In this document: positions 19,666 through 28,320 of the stretch, piece by piece
Position numbering within the stretch: position 1 is the first letter of the stretch
Layout: every line of letters starts with the position of its first letter
Source: an uncultured Candidatus Saccharibacteria bacterium
GTDB lineage: Bacteria; Patescibacteriota; Minisyncoccia; Phycocordibacterales; PALSA-1337
NCBI GenBank assembly: GCA_964358005.1
Contig: CAYHNH010000001.1
Coordinates: forward strand, 11,625 to 75,624
Reading direction: 5' to 3'
Length of the DNA stretch: 64,000 bases
Translations under genes and position numbers: made by a program
The notes under the pieces: generated by a model
The model's database searches: none
Seen by the model: the letters and a program-made list of their open reading frames with translations, nothing else
What the model was told of the DNA's origin: nothing

Positions 19666-20064
19666 ATGAACCACATCATGATGATAACCGGGATTCATAC
19701 CCCGGAGGTGATTAATGTCCTTTTCGAAAATTTACCCAGGGCGGATGAGCTCATGAGGAAGCAGTGGATCGCTCTAAGCCACATCACCGATGCCCTGAAT
19801 GGCAAGCTTCACGAGCGCGGTATCCACATAACCGCGGCAATGGTGCTCGAAGCACTGAAGACCCTGCACGGCGATCACATGTTCTGGTCGAGCGCCCTCG
19901 AGCATTGCATCGACTCCGGCAATCTGCCCACCAAAATGGGAGCAGAGATCGTTATCCCGGCCGGTGATGCCAACCTGCTAAGGAGTATCATCCTGTGCAA
20001 CGCCATTACAGGCAGGTATGAGGTCCGTGAATTCCTGGCGGACGCCGCACCACCTGGCGAATGA
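19666..20064 (+). CDS. hypothetical protein
   Basis: ORF-track ORF 19540-20064 overlaps the dut start, so an internal start (MNHIMMITG) was chosen; followed by a strong terminator; no family recognised. Confidence 0.4.
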   Translation: MNHIMMITGIHTPEVINVLFENLPRADELMRKQWIALSHITDALNGKLHERGIHITAAMVLEALKTLHGDHMFWSSALEHCIDSGNLPTKMGAEIVIPAGDANLLRSIILCNAITGRYEVREFLADAAPPGE

Positions 20065-20090
20065 ATGCCCCACGCTATGCCCTCGAGCTT

Positions 20091-20122
20091 CCCCGCACCG
20101 ACCCTTCGGTACGGGGTTTTTT
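20091..20122 (+). terminator. rho-independent terminator
   Basis: CCCCGCACCGA-ccct-TCGGTACGGGG (11-bp stem, one mismatch) followed by TTTTTTA. Confidence 0.65.
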
Positions 20123-20578
20123 ATGCGGCGGCAGCTCGCCTTCTTCACTTCCTCAAAAAAACTGAAGGGGTCTTTTTGTGTCGCACAATATTTTCGTCGC
20201 CCAGAAACCCTTGTGGCGTCTATTCAACTAGACAATGCTTTTGGTGACTTGTCCGTGATTTTTTTCGGATTCTGGAAGGATGCCGGGTCTCCTGATGTGA
20301 TTTTGCTCCATATCCACCTTCACTGTCTCCGGTACTATCTCCGGCACCAGGAAATAATTTATTTACACGAACTACTAAACGTGATGGCATAAAGAGTTTC
20401 TCAATCAATTCTTTGAAAATATGGTCAAGAACTATAGACATTTAACGATATTTCATCGTGTCCACCACAAATATACCTAACCACAAAACATCCGGACAAA
20501 CATGTAAATGAAATTTTGGGAGCTGCCGGATAATGTGCTCTCCGCCCACTCCCCCACATCGTAGCCAATTGCAATAAC

Positions 20579-20604
20579 AAAAAAGGCGCCGCACGGAGCG
20601 ACGC
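20579..20604 (-). terminator. rho-independent terminator downstream of the HIT-like gene
   Basis: Minus strand reads AGGCGTCG-ctccgtg-CGGCGCCT followed by TTTTT. Confidence 0.55.
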
Positions 20605-20635
20605 CTAGAGGGTTGGAATCAGCAAGACGATCCAA

Positions 20636-21292
20636 TCAGCAGCGGCCCTCTGTCGTGAGCAGGTTCTCAACGAGCTTGCGCTGTTCGGTCGAGGGAAGCT
20701 TTTGGCAAGCCTCCTCGGGAGAACACCCTGACGACTCTTGGATGTTCCGTAGCACCTCGAAGGCTTCGAGGATGAGCTTCTTCCGTTCGAGGCCAGCCGG
20801 GTCCTTGGCAATCCACGGATGGACGACGCCGGTCCCGTTCGGCACATGGTAGTTGAAGTGGAAGTGCTCTTGGCTCCGCGCGCACCGCAGGGGATTGCCC
20901 CAGCGAGCCACGCAGGCGCCGCCGGTGATGCCGAAATGCACATCGAGAGCTGAGAAAACATTGAACACTTCGATGCGTTCGAGATGCGAAAGTTCAGTGT
21001 AGTGCGTCGCATGCCGTCTCAACGGAATGACGAACTGGTAGTCCTGGTTCGGAAGTTTCGAGATGGGATTATCCCAAACATTCCAAAAACGATTGTCGAT
21101 GCCGGGGATCGGCACATTGAGCTTGGTGTCGATCTGGCAGAATGGGCAGAAGCCTTCCTGGATCTCGTGGACCATGCGCAAGAAATATGGGTAATTCCCT
21201 GCGCTGAAGAGGCGCCAGACCTTGTCGGTCGGGACACCCCGGATAGAGACCGCCGGATAAGCGGGCTCGACACTGACGGATGGAGTTGTCAT
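20636..21292 (-). CDS. HIT-superfamily protein, GalT/Ap4A-phosphorylase-like branch
   Basis: 218 aa; CPFCQ zinc-type motif and HFHFNYHV (HxHxN/Q-type nucleotide-binding motif); divergent from thyA. Confidence 0.65.
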   Translation of the reverse strand: MTTPSVSVEPAYPAVSIRGVPTDKVWRLFSAGNYPYFLRMVHEIQEGFCPFCQIDTKLNVPIPGIDNRFWNVWDNPISKLPNQDYQFVIPLRRHATHYTELSHLERIEVFNVFSALDVHFGITGGACVARWGNPLRCARSQEHFHFNYHVPNGTGVVHPWIAKDPAGLERKKLILEAFEVLRNIQESSGCSPEEACQKLPSTEQRKLVENLLTTEGRC

Positions 21293-21378
21293 TGGAACAA
21301 AATACTCGCAAACCCTACATGCGAATCATTCCACTGTCAACGCTGAAAAAATCCGCGCAGTACGTTATTATTCAGCGC

Positions 21379-22263
21379 ATGAAACCATATGCCGACCGGA
21401 CGCCAGATTCTCAGTATAGAAATCTCCTAGAAAAGATCATGCGCGAAGGCCGACGTACTATGCCGATCCACGGAGAAGAAGCTCGCAGTCTCGTTGGCGT
21501 CCAGATGCGCTTCGATCTCGATAATGGCTTCCCTCTCGTCACAGAGCGCGACCTTACGAAGCTCATGAACGGCGGCCTCTCTGAACATTTCGCGTTCCTC
21601 CATGGTGCCCGCACTCAAGAAGAGCTCGAGAAATGGGGTTGCAAGTGGTGGAAGGATTGGGTGACTCCGGAAAAATGCGCCATCTTCGACCTTCCGCCCG
21701 GCGACCTCGGCCCAGGATCATACGGACCAGCCTGGGCAGCGTTCCCCACAGCCGAAGGTAAGCCTTTCAACCAAATCGTGGAGGTCATGCGCCAGCTCAA
21801 AGAGAAACCATTCCTGCGTACCCACATCATCACGCCGTGGATACCTCAGTATGCCATCCAGCATTCGGGGCTCAAGCGCAAAGTAGTCGTCGCTCCATGC
21901 CACGGATATCTCCACATCTTCGCCTATCCCGAGACAAAAGAGCTTTCCGTCCACCATTTCCAGAGGAGCGGCGATGTACCGACCGGGGTGCCCTTCAACA
22001 TGATCCAGTACGGAGCATTCACTCTCATGGTCGCGCAGTTCATGGGCTACAAAGCCAAGGAGCTCGTGTATACGATCTCAGACGCACACATATATGAACG
22101 TCAGTACCCTTTTGTGGAAGACTTGCTCAAACGCGAACCAAAGAGACTGCCGACTGTTACCCTTAATCCGGACATAAAGGACTTGCTCGACTTCCGTCCT
22201 GAGCACTTCACTCTCACGGATTACGAGCCGCATCCAGCTATGCGCGTCCCGACACCTGTATGA
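21379..22263 (+). CDS. thyA: thymidylate synthase (ThyA family, moderately divergent)
   Basis: Aligns end to end with ThyA: QMRFDLDNGFPLVT, GDLGPGSYGPAW, RTHIITPWIP, catalytic APCHGY, QRSGDVPTGVPFNMIQY (Asn retained), SDAHIY, YEPHP. Start chosen at MKPYADRT; the ORF-track start at 21280 gives a non-ThyA-like extension. Confidence 0.85.
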   Translation: MKPYADRTPDSQYRNLLEKIMREGRRTMPIHGEEARSLVGVQMRFDLDNGFPLVTERDLTKLMNGGLSEHFAFLHGARTQEELEKWGCKWWKDWVTPEKCAIFDLPPGDLGPGSYGPAWAAFPTAEGKPFNQIVEVMRQLKEKPFLRTHIITPWIPQYAIQHSGLKRKVVVAPCHGYLHIFAYPETKELSVHHFQRSGDVPTGVPFNMIQYGAFTLMVAQFMGYKAKELVYTISDAHIYERQYPFVEDLLKREPKRLPTVTLNPDIKDLLDFRPEHFTLTDYEPHPAMRVPTPV

Positions 22264-22712
22264 AGAAATTTGTCGACCCAAATAATACCTCGGCCCGTCC
22301 CGGCGGTGAATACGCGCAAGTCATAAACAAGATCGCAACTGATGGCGTATGTCCGTTTTGCCCTGAACATTTGACTAAATATCACAAAAAGCCCGTCATA
22401 GAGCGGGAAATGTGGGTCGTCACGGATAATATGTATCCATACAAGCCCTCCAAGGTACACAGGCTCATCATCCACAAGGAGCACATCACGCACATAAGCC
22501 AGGTGACTCCTCACGGTTGGCATGTTCTGATGGAGATCCTGACCGAAGAAGTGTCGAAGAATAAGATCGTTGGCGGCTCTCTCATCATGCGCTTCGGCGA
22601 TACCAAATACACCGGCGCCTCGGTCTCTCACCTTCATATGCACATAGTGCAATCCGATCCGGATGATCCGACGTATGACAAGGCTAAGGGGCTTACGATG
22701 AGGATCGGGTAA
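22260..22712 (+). CDS. HIT family hydrolase
   Basis: 150 aa; CPFCPEHL zinc motif and classic histidine triad HLHMHIV; ATGA overlap with the thyA stop (operon). Confidence 0.8.
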   Translation: MKKFVDPNNTSARPGGEYAQVINKIATDGVCPFCPEHLTKYHKKPVIEREMWVVTDNMYPYKPSKVHRLIIHKEHITHISQVTPHGWHVLMEILTEEVSKNKIVGGSLIMRFGDTKYTGASVSHLHMHIVQSDPDDPTYDKAKGLTMRIG

Positions 22713-22715
22713 CTC

Positions 22716-23546
22716 CTATTGAACCATCACGATCTCAACTCCAAAATGCTCCAGGATCTTTTCCGCATCCAGGAGCGAATACCCTTTAGCATAGTAAACC
22801 TTCTTTATTCCAGCCGTGCCTATGAGGCGCGCACAATTCGGGCATGGGAATGTAGTTGAATACAGAGCGCTTCCGCTAAGGTCGATGCCGTCATGGGCAG
22901 CTTTGGCAATGAGTTCAGCCTCTGCGTGAATAGATGTATAAACATCTTGATGCTGGCCAGCGTCAAAGTTGCTGCGGGGGTCGCCGTTGGTGCTCAAATG
23001 AAAGCTTGTGGGCAAGTGATGATTATGAGTCTGCAGGATAGCCTTGCCATCTTTCACCAGGACTGCCGCTATCTGCCTCCACCAATCGTCGCTCTGCTCA
23101 GCCTCCGTAGCCGCCGACGCCATAATTTCCCTGTGGAATTCCTCCTTAGTTATCTTCCTCTTGGGGTCTATCTCATTCTCCTTGAAGGTGATGACGCGAT
23201 TCCACCTAAGGAAGACTTTGACGAACTCGATCTTCTTTCCCGCCAAGCTCTTGGATGCCAGGTCAGCGCAGACCTCATCTTCCGGCATGATCGTGAGATC
23301 GTACTTCCAGTCCTTCAGCTCGAACTGTTCCAAGATGCTGATGTTCCTCTTTGGAAATATCGCGCGCAAGGCCGACAGAGCCTGCACTGGGTCGATGGTC
23401 CTCAAATCGCGCGTGAGGTGCACATACTGCTCTATCAAACTCGTCCCGAATATATATATATCACCCTGATTCTTATCAAAAAAATCCACATAGCCTTTGT
23501 GGATGACCGGCACGAATGCGATGACGGCTGTCTTCGCTGCACTCAT
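22716..23546 (-). CDS. dCMP/cytidine deaminase-family protein with ~150-aa N-terminal extension
   Basis: C-terminal CDA zinc motifs HAEAELIAKAA and TTFPCPNCARLIGTAGIKKVYY (ComEB/dCMP-deaminase-like); N-terminal 150 aa unassigned. Confidence 0.75.
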   Translation of the reverse strand: MSAAKTAVIAFVPVIHKGYVDFFDKNQGDIYIFGTSLIEQYVHLTRDLRTIDPVQALSALRAIFPKRNISILEQFELKDWKYDLTIMPEDEVCADLASKSLAGKKIEFVKVFLRWNRVITFKENEIDPKRKITKEEFHREIMASAATEAEQSDDWWRQIAAVLVKDGKAILQTHNHHLPTSFHLSTNGDPRSNFDAGQHQDVYTSIHAEAELIAKAAHDGIDLSGSALYSTTFPCPNCARLIGTAGIKKVYYAKGYSLLDAEKILEHFGVEIVMVQ

Positions 23547-23548
23547 GG

Positions 23549-24172
23549 CTAGGACTTGCTGCGTATATCCGTAAGGAATTCCTTGGTGAGCTCGGACACC
23601 TTCGTCGCCAATTTCTCCGCGCCCTCGATAGTGAGATTACGGATACGGGCCGAGGTGGTAGTAGTGGCTTGCGGGGGCAAAGTGACTATTTTACTGCAAT
23701 AGTCCACGTATTCATTCGCCATTTTACGGCTAAAGTCGGTCGTGGATTTCGAAACTACTAGAACATCGGGCTTTACGAGACGTATAAGATCGCCGATGTC
23801 GTCCTTTATATTGCGCAGGGTCACTATATCCACATGGCGCAGATGCACCAGCATCTTCAGGCGCTCTTCCTGCGGGACGATAGGCCTCTCTGGGCCCTTG
23901 CGCTTCCTAGTGAGCTCGTCAGAGTCGACGCCGACGATGAGCACGTCGCCCTGCGCCTTCGCGGTCTCGAGATACGCGGCATGACCCTCATGAATGAGAT
24001 CGTAGACGCCCTGGGTGAGCACGACCCTATACCCCATCTGCTTGAAGGTCTTCACTATCTTATCGAGGTCTTTGTAGTTAGGGATGAATCGCTGTTCGAG
24101 ATTCGTGTTCTGGGACAGGAGGCTCTTCACTGTCGTCTTCACGATATTCGGAGTGGGAGCGATCGGGGACAT
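23549..24172 (-). CDS. cytidylyltransferase-like nucleotidyltransferase (HldE domain II / RibL-like)
   Basis: VVLTQGVYDLIHEGHAAYLETAKAQGDVLIVGVDSD...RPIVPQEERLKMLVHLRHVD with HxGH motif; start set at MSPIAPT. Confidence 0.7.
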   Translation of the reverse strand: MSPIAPTPNIVKTTVKSLLSQNTNLEQRFIPNYKDLDKIVKTFKQMGYRVVLTQGVYDLIHEGHAAYLETAKAQGDVLIVGVDSDELTRKRKGPERPIVPQEERLKMLVHLRHVDIVTLRNIKDDIGDLIRLVKPDVLVVSKSTTDFSRKMANEYVDYCSKIVTLPPQATTTTSARIRNLTIEGAEKLATKVSELTKEFLTDIRSKS

Positions 24173-24252
24173 GGAGTGAATTATAATCCTTCGCGAGACG
24201 AACGCAACGATGACATATGCACAGTTTAATAACATAATGTTAGGATGAGGTC

Positions 24253-24786
24253 ATGAATGAGAGCGCCGGACAAAACAATCGACCAAACGTGAGCATCGTC
24301 GTGGCGATAACGGGCAAAAAGGCGGCCATAGGCAACGGCGGCAAGCTTCTCGTCTATATACCCGACGACCTCAAGCGCTTTAAGGCCATTACGCTTGGCC
24401 ACGCCATCATCATGGGCAGGAAGACCTACGAATCAATAGGCCGGTTACTGCCAGGAAGGAAGAATTTCATCGTCACGCGCAATCCATCATTGAATATCCC
24501 CGATGCGGTCATATGCACCGACCTTGATCAGGCCATAGACGAGGCCTGGCGGCACGAATCACAAGGCTCTAATGTGAATAAGGAAATATTCCTCATCGGC
24601 GGCGGCGAGATATACAAGCAGGGCCTTCCACGCGTGAAAAAACTATACCTCACCATCGTCGAAAGCGACCTTGAGGGCGACGTGTTCTTCCCTGACTATT
24701 CCGACTTCAAAAAAGAGACCTTCCGCGAGGAACGCCTCGACGAAAAGACCGGGCTCAAATACAGCTGGATTGATTTGGAGCGCTAG
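24253..24786 (+). CDS. folA: dihydrofolate reductase
   Basis: 177 aa; DHFR pattern (IVVAITGKKAAIGNGGKLLVYIPDDLKRFKAITLGHAIIMGRKTYESI, LIGGGEIY). Confidence 0.9.
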   Translation: MNESAGQNNRPNVSIVVAITGKKAAIGNGGKLLVYIPDDLKRFKAITLGHAIIMGRKTYESIGRLLPGRKNFIVTRNPSLNIPDAVICTDLDQAIDEAWRHESQGSNVNKEIFLIGGGEIYKQGLPRVKKLYLTIVESDLEGDVFFPDYSDFKKETFREERLDEKTGLKYSWIDLER

Positions 24787-26054
24787 AAGCTTTTCCTGCT
24801 CCTCAATATCCGTTCCTCTGGATACCACCTCGTCCGCAATTTGCCAGCCAGGAAGAACGAACCGGTCACAAGTATGCAGTCAGCTGTCTTGGCGGACTTG
24901 ATGGCTTTGTTCAAAGCCTTATCAGGATCGATCTCCACCATCACGCTTGTGCTCCTTTTTTTGAACTTCGTTACTAGCGGCAAGAGGGCTTTTGGGTTCA
25001 CACCTATCCTATCTCCTTCCGCGAATGAGGTGAGGATCATTTTGTCAGCTACTTGGGCTAACGGCTCAAGTATCGCCTTATTATCCTTCTTCAAGTCAGC
25101 TATCCCTGTAACTACGATCAATCGGCCATATGGGAGTCCGCGCAGATTGGATATCGTGCTCGCTATCTTTGCCCTGTTATGCGCCCCGTCCAGTATTATG
25201 ATAGGTCTCTCTTGGATGATCTCGAATCGGCAAGGGAGACGCGTCCTCTTGATACCAAAATCGACAAATTGATGTGATATCCCGATGTGCTCGGCAATCG
25301 CTTTGACCAATGATATGTTGCGCACCCGATGGTCGTCTGCTTTTCCGCTAAAGACGAAAGCAGATTTCTTTTTGCTGCACTCCTCCCTGAAGAGGTCTCT
25401 TATGTCTGACCTTTGTTCCGAGGTGAAGAAAGCGCTCCCTTTCTTGATTATTCCAGCTTTATCAAAAGCAATCTCACCCAGTGTTTTTCCAAGGATCTCC
25501 GTGTGGTCATAGTCGATGTTCGTTATAGCTGTCACGACAGGTTTGGCGACGAAATTCGTGGCATCATATCTGCCGCCCAGACCGACTTCCAGGACTACCC
25601 ATTCGCATTTTTGCCTCTTGAAATACACGAGCGCTATCGCCAGGAATATCTCAAAGGTCGAAGGAGCGCCGAATGGTCCCTTGGCAGCTTTGGCTATGAA
25701 TGGTTTCAGATGTTCCACTATCGAGGCGAACTCCCTAGGCGAAATATACAAATCGCCGATCTTGATCTCCTCTATTGCAGCCGTGCTGTAAGGAGAGGTG
25801 AAGAGGCCGGCTTTCTTGCCTGCCTGGGACAGCACATTCTGAAGCATTGTAGAGACCGTGCCCTTTCCGGCTGTGCCAGTCACATGTATATATTTGAACC
25901 CCCTTCCAGGATCCCCTATGGAATGCAGGAAATAGCGGGTCCTATCCAGAAAAAAAGAAGGGTCCCTCTTTTTGGGACCAAAATTCTTGCGGAACGATGT
26001 ATTAGAAAAGCTCTCTACGAAGGCCAGGCTTTTTCTGTACTGCAAAAAGCTCAT
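24783..26054 (-). CDS. folC: folylpolyglutamate synthase / dihydrofolate synthase
   Basis: Mur-ligase P-loop HVTGTAGKGT; start set at M41 (MSFLQYRKSLAF), whose ATG overlaps the TAA of an upstream small ORF (TAATG). Confidence 0.9.
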   Translation of the reverse strand: MSFLQYRKSLAFVESFSNTSFRKNFGPKKRDPSFFLDRTRYFLHSIGDPGRGFKYIHVTGTAGKGTVSTMLQNVLSQAGKKAGLFTSPYSTAAIEEIKIGDLYISPREFASIVEHLKPFIAKAAKGPFGAPSTFEIFLAIALVYFKRQKCEWVVLEVGLGGRYDATNFVAKPVVTAITNIDYDHTEILGKTLGEIAFDKAGIIKKGSAFFTSEQRSDIRDLFREECSKKKSAFVFSGKADDHRVRNISLVKAIAEHIGISHQFVDFGIKRTRLPCRFEIIQERPIIILDGAHNRAKIASTISNLRGLPYGRLIVVTGIADLKKDNKAILEPLAQVADKMILTSFAEGDRIGVNPKALLPLVTKFKKRSTSVMVEIDPDKALNKAIKSAKTADCILVTGSFFLAGKLRTRWYPEERILRSRKSF

Positions 26055-26212
26055 TAGGCCCTGCCCTTCATCCTCTCCACGCAACACTGGCTGACCTTCT
26101 TGTCGGAGCCACAGGGGCACTTCTCGTCTTTCCTGCAGCATTCGCCGGCAAGTTTCTTTGACCCGCATTTGCATGGAGCATCGAGTCCTTTCATGTCCAT
26201 TACTACTTCCAT
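26054..26212 (-). CDS. small cysteine-rich protein (52 aa) with internal duplication, translationally coupled to folC
   Basis: MEVVMDMKGLDAPCKCGSKKLAGECCRKDEKCPCGSDKKVSQCCVERMKGRA: two copies of C-x-C-G-S-x-K-x5-CC; GGAAG RBS 5 nt before M5; stop TAA overlaps the folC ATG. Below the ORF-track size cutoff. Confidence 0.45.
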   Translation of the reverse strand: MEVVMDMKGLDAPCKCGSKKLAGECCRKDEKCPCGSDKKVSQCCVERMKGRA

Positions 26213-26222
26213 TTGATTGAGA

Positions 26223-26645
26223 TTATTTTACTTCTACACCCATCTGACGAGCCGTTCCCGCAACAACCTTCATGGCAGCCTCTACGTTGTCTGTATTGAG
26301 GTCAGGGATCTTCTTCGTAGCGATATCCTTGAGCTGAGCCTTCGTGAGAGTGCCAACTTTGGCCGTATTGGGCTTGCCTGAACCCTTTTCCTTACCGAGA
26401 GCCTTCAGGATGAGACTAGATGTAGGAGGGGTCTTGAGGACGAAGGAATAGGTGCGATCTTCGTATACTGAAATAACGACAGGGATCATGTCGCCCATCA
26501 TGTTCTTGGTAGCCTCATTGAACTTCTTCGTGAAGTCACCGATGTTAACGCCGGCCTGACCGAGAGTAGGACCGAGTGGTGGGGCTGGGGTTGCCTTTCC
26601 TGCCGGGGCGATGACTTTGACTGTTTTAACTATTTTCTTGGCCAT
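26223..26645 (-). CDS. rplK: 50S ribosomal protein L11
   Basis: 140 aa; L11 sequence ([25 protein letters not shown]). Confidence 0.97.
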   Translation of the reverse strand: MAKKIVKTVKVIAPAGKATPAPPLGPTLGQAGVNIGDFTKKFNEATKNMMGDMIPVVISVYEDRTYSFVLKTPPTSSLILKALGKEKGSGKPNTAKVGTLTKAQLKDIATKKIPDLNTDNVEAAMKVVAGTARQMGVEVK

Positions 26646-26666
26646 ATGAATAGATGTGAGATTACC

Positions 26667-27212
26667 TTAAACCTTCTTTACTTGCAAGAAATCGAGCTCT
26701 ACCGGGGTCTCACGGCCGAACATGGATACAAGGACCTTGATCTTGCCACGCTGAGTGTCGACTTCTCCGACCTTGCCCTCGAAGTCCTTGAACGGGCCAT
26801 CTGCCACCTTGACCAGATCGCCAATCGATAGGTCGATCAGGTGCTCTGTCTCGCCTTTGTTCATGCGAGCAAACAACGAATCCACCTCTGCCTTGTCGAG
26901 CGGAACCGGGTGCACTCCCGAACCGACGAAACCGGTCACGCGCGGAGTATTGCGCACGACATACCAAGAATCATCCGTAACGACCATGTCTACGAGGACA
27001 TAGCCTGGGTATATCTTCTCTTCCTCCTCGACGCGCTTGCCACCTTTGACCTTGATCTTCTTTTCGGTCGGCACTATGACAGCGAATATCTTGCCCTCCA
27101 TGCCCAGCGACTCTATGCGCTGTTTCAAGTTGCGCGCGACGGCATTCTCATAGCCAGCGTAAGTGTGGATGGCGTACCAATTTCTCTCACCTGATATCTG
27201 TTGTTTGGTCAT
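26667..27212 (-). CDS. nusG: transcription termination/antitermination factor NusG
   Basis: NGN domain (WYAIHTYAGYENAV) and C-terminal KOW (GDLVKVADGPFKDFEGKVGEVD). Confidence 0.95.
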   Translation of the reverse strand: MTKQQISGERNWYAIHTYAGYENAVARNLKQRIESLGMEGKIFAVIVPTEKKIKVKGGKRVEEEEKIYPGYVLVDMVVTDDSWYVVRNTPRVTGFVGSGVHPVPLDKAEVDSLFARMNKGETEHLIDLSIGDLVKVADGPFKDFEGKVGEVDTQRGKIKVLVSMFGRETPVELDFLQVKKV

Positions 27213-27216
27213 GTGT

Positions 27217-27393
27217 TTAGAAAAGCAAGGTTAGCAGGCGCTCGAATACGAAATCTGAAACACCGAGAAGCACGGCTGTGCCGATAGATACCAGTATTAC
27301 GGCCGCGGTAAAACGGATGGTCTCCTGCTTCGTGGGCCAGTTGACGTGAGCCATTTCAGCTTGTGTTGCCTTGATATATTCGCCAAGTTTCAT
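27217..27393 (-). CDS. secE: preprotein translocase subunit SecE (58 aa)
   Basis: MKLGEYIKATQAEMAHVNWPTKQETIRFTAAVILVSIGTAVLLGVSDFVFERLLTLLF; conserved secE-nusG-rplK order. Below the ORF-track cutoff. Confidence 0.8.
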   Translation of the reverse strand: MKLGEYIKATQAEMAHVNWPTKQETIRFTAAVILVSIGTAVLLGVSDFVFERLLTLLF

Positions 27394-27412
27394 GTTTTTA
27401 CCTAGATTTGTA

Positions 27413-27434
27413 TTAAAAAACCCCGGCTGGGGAT
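27413..27434 (-). terminator. weak hairpin + T-run between the SIMPL gene and secE
   Basis: Minus strand CCCCAGCCGGGG followed by TTTTTT. Confidence 0.4.
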
Positions 27435-27492
27435 TACCAGCTCATAATATACCTCCGATACACCTAAGTCAAATGCAACCTTAAGATGAGCC

Positions 27493-28275
27493 CTACTGTA
27501 TCTCGTAAGTGATGTTCACCGTGCTTGTCACCTTCTGTTCGCCTGTCGGTATCTCGGGAGCAGATTGGGCAACTGCGGCATCCATGCCCTTACCGTACAC
27601 GTTGTACATCGGGCGAGGATAGTTTCCTGAATTCTCGGAGAAGCTGACGATGCGGACGAGCCTCACGCCAAGCTGTTTGGCCAGCACATCTGCCTTTGCC
27701 TTGGCTGCGGCGATTGCCTTGTTGCGGGCATCTGCCTGTACCTTGGTCGGCTCATCCACTGAAAAGGATAGGCTATTCACGTTCTGGACGCCGAGCGAGC
27801 CTATCGAAGTCAGGATCGTGCCAGCTTTCGTCAGGTCGCGGACCTTCACCTCTATGCTCTGGCTCACATCGTAGCCTGTGAGAACGCTCTTTCCGCCCGG
27901 GCAATAAGATCCAGTCGGGCAGACCTGCGTCTGATATTCATACTGAGGGGATATGTTGTACGACTGCGTAGCTATGTCCTTGTCGGCTATTCCCTGGTCG
28001 CGAAGCGCCTTTAACGCCGCATTCGTCTTTGTCGTTGCCTTAGCCTGTGCATCTCCGACTGTCTTGGCTGTCTCTGATACGGTGAAAGTGAATGTCGCTA
28101 TGTCCGGTACGGCAACCACGTTCGAAGAACCTTCGACGTTGATGGTAGAAGTAGTATCCGCGCTTCCAACATATCTGATCTCTTTCATGTGTTGTATCGC
28201 GAGGATCAACACGAAGATGAATAGAATGCCGAGAAGACCCGTAGCAACTGTCCAGAACCTAGATGGGATATTCAT
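27493..28275 (-). CDS. SIMPL/DUF541 domain protein (YggE-like periplasmic protein)
   Basis: 260 aa; N-terminal TM/signal anchor; DUF541-like pattern (VAVPDIATFTFTV...ISPQYEY). Confidence 0.75.
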   Translation of the reverse strand: MNIPSRFWTVATGLLGILFIFVLILAIQHMKEIRYVGSADTTSTINVEGSSNVVAVPDIATFTFTVSETAKTVGDAQAKATTKTNAALKALRDQGIADKDIATQSYNISPQYEYQTQVCPTGSYCPGGKSVLTGYDVSQSIEVKVRDLTKAGTILTSIGSLGVQNVNSLSFSVDEPTKVQADARNKAIAAAKAKADVLAKQLGVRLVRIVSFSENSGNYPRPMYNVYGKGMDAAVAQSAPEIPTGEQKVTSTVNITYEIQ

Positions 28276-28320
28276 ATTATTGATTTTAACTTATTTTTTT
28301 AGCTTATTATGCTCACTAAT

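Noticed and set aside
20018-20441. ORFs 20018-20392 (+) and 20220-20441 (-)
   Set aside because: They overlap each other and a rho-independent terminator, with no RBS or recognisable family; left unannotated and flagged as an uncertain region.
21280-22263. thyA homologue as a phage-type dCMP/dUMP hydroxymethylase (DNA hypermodification)
   Set aside because: The dUMP-specifying Asn (GVPFNMIQY), catalytic Cys, Arg pair and His are all retained and it sits among folA, glyA and dut; a housekeeping thymidylate synthase is the simpler reading. Flagged for testing only.
24783-26174. ORF-track N-terminal extension of folC (MQMRVKETCRRMLQERREVPLW...), 40 extra codons
   Set aside because: The extension does not resemble FolC. 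The family-typical N-terminus begins at M41, whose ATG overlaps the stop of a separate-frame Cys-rich small ORF (TAATG), so the extension is treated as an alternate-frame artefact.
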